From positions 496,001 through 560,000 of the forward strand of contig JAPMXV010000029.1 of NCBI GenBank assembly GCA_026936335.1: a stretch of 64,000 nt of DNA, written 5' to 3'. A model generated the notes under the pieces. It was not told the DNA's origin. It saw only the letters and a list, made by a program, of their open reading frames with translations, and ran no database searches. Each line of letters starts with the position of its first letter. Within the stretch, counting starts at the first letter, position 1. This document shows, piece after piece, positions 59,932-64,000 of this stretch. Made by a program: the position numbers and the translations under genes. The stretch comes from Mantamonas sphyraenae STR306 (Eukaryota > Protista > CRuMs).

Positions 59932-60573
59932 AGAGAGGCGCAGGCGGACTGGGAGGAGAAGTTGTTGGGGAGGGAGGACCTGGTGGAGACGGGCGCAGCA
60001 AATGAAAGTCGGGCGCATGCGGAAACTAGCTGGGCGCTTGTCTTTAGCCCGGTAGCGTCGTGTAGGAGCATCGCACGGCTCATGCTACCCTATGGTTGGA
60101 TGAAAGAGACGGTCTGCGAGGCAGAGGTGGTCTCAGGCAGGGTGGCTGAAGTACGGAACGGGTGTAAGGGGGCGGAAGGAGTGTGTGCGAAAAAGGCGGC
60201 GGTGGAGAATCGAGAACGGGTGCTTTTGGCGCGCACACACACAGGAGACACGAAGGAAGCAGGTGCAGGTCAGCCAGCTAAGGAAGGCTTCCTTTGTTGG
60301 TCGCTCATGCCCATCAACGAGGCGCAACCCTCGGACGAGTCGGTTTGATACTGCGAATATCGAGACTTTAGGTTTTCTCATCATCCCTGCACGTCTGCTT
60401 CCCCCATTGACATGCACACACACACACACACACACATGCACACACACATGCACACTGGTGCCAAACACAAGAAGTAGATTACGGGCAGCCTTGGACCACA
60501 AACGTACGTTTTCGTCATCCGAAGAGTTTGTGTTTGGTCACCCAACGCGCGGTGGTGGCAAACGGCAAAGACC

Positions 60574-61569
60574 ATGTCCTTCTTCAAGAAGAAGGAGAAG
60601 GAAGTGGACACCAAGGTGTATGAGGTGACGATCTCCTCTGATCGTCAGCTGGAGGTAAGTGTGGCAGAGCGAGGCGCTGCAAGAGGGCTCCCTGCTTTTT
60701 GGGCCAAAATTTGCGGTTGTGCCTTGCCGTCCGTGTGAGCTGACACGCAAGGACGTGACACACGTGGCGCCCTCCCCATGGGTCGTATGTGATCTGGTGG
60801 AAACCGTGTGCCGTGCCACACAAACACAGGGGATCCCCGACAGGTGGCGCAAGGCGCTGAAGGACAGCAAGCTGACGGCGAAAGAGCTTGCAGAAAACCC
60901 CGAGGTGCTGTACAACTGCCTGTCGTTTGCACACCGCGGGTACAAAACGAAGCTACGACGCAAGAAAACGGCCAAGAGTGACGGAAGTGGCGAGGGATCG
61001 TCGTCGTCGTCGTCGTCGTCATCGTCGTCGTCGGCAGGGAGCGAGGCAACGATCGGATCGAAAGAAGATCAAGAGGGAAGCAGCAGCACGAAAGAAAACG
61101 ACGACAACGCGGAGGCGGTAGAGACGGGCACGGAGTCAGGCAAGGCAGGAGGAGCCCAGAACGAAACGGACAAAGACAATGACACAGACGAGGAGGATGA
61201 AGAGGATGAGGAGGACGAGGAGGAGGAGGAGAAAGACGAAGGCGAGGAGGAAGCGCAAGCAAGCAGCTCGGCAAAGCAAGGAGGGGATGACACCGCAGCA
61301 GACAAGAAACAAAATGGCGAGGCGAACAACGGCATGCGTGTCAAGGATTCGCATGAGTCGGCAGAGGATGGTGGCGGGGCAAAGGTGGAGGTTTCCATCA
61401 CCATCGAGGCACCCAGCGAAGAGACGACGACCTCTGTGCCAGCCGTCGTTGTGGAGAACCATGACGCAGAGGAAGAGGAAGGGGCGAAGGAGGAGCACGA
61501 GGTGGTGGCGGAGGTCCCAGCGGAAAAGGAAGGTGAGGACAAAGGCAAGGACAAGGCGCCGGTGGTGGT

Positions 61570-61617
<48 letters not shown>

Positions 61618-63122
61618 GGAGGAAGAAAAGAAGCCAAGCTTCTTCAAGCGATTGTTCACCAGGAAGAACAAGAGCAAGGGAGACAGCGGGTCGTCCAGCA
61701 AGGGGAGCACGACGTCGACGGGGAGCACAAAGTCAAAGGGCAAAGCGGCCAAGACGGGGACAGGAAAGAACACAGGAGGGCTGCCAGATGGAGGCAGCAG
61801 TGGAAGCAACAGTGCAGGCGGACATTCAGGCGCATTGGAAAAGGGAAAGGGACGCAGCGCGTCGCCGGCTCCTTTCAAGCGATTGGACGACTCGGGGTCG
61901 TCGAGCAGCCTGTCTCCAGGAGGAGGAGGCAGGCAACGTGGCATGTCTCTGTTTGAGGAGCAGCCGTCGCGACGAGGACGTGCGGCAACTGTGGGGGCCA
62001 AGCTGATGCGACGCGACCCCACCCCAGAGCCTCCGCCTCGCACAAGCGAGAAGGAGCAAGGAGCACGTGAACGCCTGGAAGAGGAAGTGGGTAGGTTTTG
62101 GAAGCAGCACAGACGCGGGAAACAAGAGAAAGCAGGGGAGACGGCAGCAATTCACGGGAACACTCACGGAACTCACACCGCCCTCTTCCCCCCCCTCCCC
62201 CTCACCCCAAACGTTGCACCCACACCCACACACAAACACAGTGCCGTACTTGGCCGAGGGAGACCCGAAGAAACTGTTTACAAACTTGTCGCGCATCGGC
62301 AAGGGTGGGTTTGGCGAGGTGTTCTTGGCAACAAGCTGCCTGGAGGGAAGGGATGGGCAGACGGTAGCACTGAAGCAGATGGAGTACAAGAGCGCACGAG
62401 ACCTGAAGTACATTGTGAACGAAATCAAAATGCTGTCGAGCATGGCGCACGAGAACCTGATCGAGTACGTGGGCAGCTGGAAGGGCAAGGGCCAGAAGAT
62501 CTGGATGGTGATCGAGTACATGGACGGCGGGACGCTGCAGGACCTGTCGCGAGGCTACAGCATGAGCGAAGGGTCGATTGTGGTTGTGCTCAAGGAAGTG
62601 CTCAAGGCCATTGCGTACATGCATTCGATCGACCGTATCCACCGAGACATCAAGAGCGCCAACGTGCTCCTTACGCTGGATGGCAAGGTGAAGTTGTGCG
62701 ACTTTGGCCTGTGTGCACCGGCAAGCGAGACGGAAACGACGTCGATGGTGGGATCGCCATACTGGATGTCGCCCGAGGTCATCGCCAAGAAGCCATACGG
62801 CAAGGGGATCGACATCTGGGCAGTGGGCATTCTGGCCATCGAGATGGCAGAGGAGAAGCCGCCATACTACGAGTGTGGCCCACTTAAGGCCCTGTACATG
62901 ATTGCTACCAAAGGCGTGTCCAAATACTACGAGGATGGCGACTACAGTGTGGAGTTCCGCGACTTTCTGGACGCCTGCCTGAACCCAGATCCCAAACAGC
63001 GTCCCTCGGCAGACGAGCTGCTGCAACACCCGCTCATGGAGAAGACCACATCGCGCCAGAAGCTCATGAGTGCCATCGAGTTTGTGTACGTTGCCCAGAG
63101 CCTGAGCATGACGGGACTGTGA
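60574..63122 (+). CDS. PAK/STE20-family Ser/Thr kinase; exons ~60574-60654, 60830-62089, 62242-63122
   Basis: PAK inhibitory-switch-like GIPDRWRKALKDSKLT..E...NPEVL; IGKGGFGEV, HRDIKSANVL, SMVGSPYWMSPE, PLKALYMIATKG. Confidence 0.88.
61571..61618 (+). repeat. (GAGCCT)n coding tandem repeat (Glu-Pro linker)
   Basis: About 8 hexamer units are visible. Confidence 0.9.
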
Positions 63123-63221
63123 GGGACAAGAAACATTACACCACCAATGGACAAAATGTGTGCCTGTGACGTCCTCTCTCTCGTTGGTCTTTTGTTTGTG
63201 GCAAAATCACACACGGGCGCA

Positions 63222-63749
63222 TCACAGTTCGTCCTCGTCATCGCCGTCGTCGTCGTCGTCACGCTTGCGCTTGTTCGCCTCGAGATCGGCAGCCTTCATC
63301 AGCTTCTTGCGGGGCTTGCGCTGCACAGGCTCCTCCTCCTCCTCCTCATCGTCTTCGTCTTCGTCGTCGTCGTCGTCACCCAGCGCGCCCTGGAGCGCAG
63401 CAAAGTTGGGTGCGGCGGCACGGCGGCGGCGAGGGCCTTCGATGATGTTGGCCTTGTCGAGCTCGAGGTCGCCGCTCTCCAGGGAGGCGTCGCTGAGGTA
63501 GTGGTCGTCCTCCTCATCCTCACTCTTCTTGGCCTTCTTTTTCTTGACCACCTTTTTGGCCTTCTTCTTGGGCGGCGGGGCGGTGGATGTCGATTGCGTT
63601 TCCGACACACTTCCCGTGCTGCTTCCGGCCGCAGCCGTTGTCGAGCCAGCTGACACAGCCTCGGTCGGCTTGGTGCCGGTCTCTGTGGTGGCAGCTGCCG
63701 TTGCGGACGTGGATGTGGTTGTGGTTGTGGTTGTGGTCGATGACGACAT
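63222..63749 (-). CDS. Small acidic/basic nuclear protein with CHZ (Chz1 H2A.Z chaperone-like) motif
   Basis: ELDKANIIEGPRRRRAAAPNFAAL resembles the CHZ consensus (EID..NII.GRRTR...D[YF]); flanked by acidic tracts. Confidence 0.55.
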   Translation of the reverse strand: MSSSTTTTTTTTSTSATAAATTETGTKPTEAVSAGSTTAAAGSSTGSVSETQSTSTAPPPKKKAKKVVKKKKAKKSEDEEDDHYLSDASLESGDLELDKANIIEGPRRRRAAAPNFAALQGALGDDDDDEDEDDEEEEEEPVQRKPRKKLMKAADLEANKRKRDDDDDGDDEDEL

Positions 63750-64000
63750 GATCCCGTTTGTGGTTGATGACGCCGCGCCGCCCCACGCAACCTACTTCTT
63801 CATCGACAGAATGGTACGCACGCGCGCAATGCGATTCTATGCACACGTCCCATCACCAGTCACCATCTCTCTCTCTCTCTCTCTCACTCACTCACTCACA
63901 CACACTGTCACACACACACATACTCCGTCGCCCACGCATGACCGGGTGATGCTCGTGACGAACCGCGCGCGGGAAAACTCGCCCGGCTCACAGGCCTCAC

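Overview
This is gene-dense, GC-rich eukaryotic DNA from a flagellated protist (it carries IFT140 and an AK8-type kinase). Introns are short GT-AG, often CA/GT-rich, intergenic gaps are tiny, and many proteins carry poly-Ser tracts. About 24 protein genes are supported: NCL-type Ca2+ exchanger, two XK-family paralogues, PHOSPHO-type phosphatase, two MAD2, two deoxynucleoside kinases, eIF4E2/nCBP, AK8-like kinase, TRM6, a SANT protein, two F-box proteins, TPX2, M1AP, BTAF1/Mot1, CK1, CENP-M, ILRUN-like, IFT140, KAT14, a Kelch-ferric reductase fusion, a PAK kinase and a CHZ-motif protein. The standout is an intact, very large Fanzor/TnpB-family nuclease gene at 24.2-30.2 kb (1815-aa ORF, about 1947 aa with a predicted upstream exon). 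It has a complete RuvC D-E-D triad and Zn ribbon, an apparently host-style spliceosomal intron, a long unexplained N-terminal extension, no recognisable transposase, and a hairpin-rich 3' segment ending in TTCAA that is a candidate omegaRNA/right end. The 2-17 kb region contains three interlocked inverted duplications (XK tracts, MAD2, dNK). Several single-base frameshifts suggest assembly indel errors. All homology calls are by eye from recalled motifs, not from database searches.
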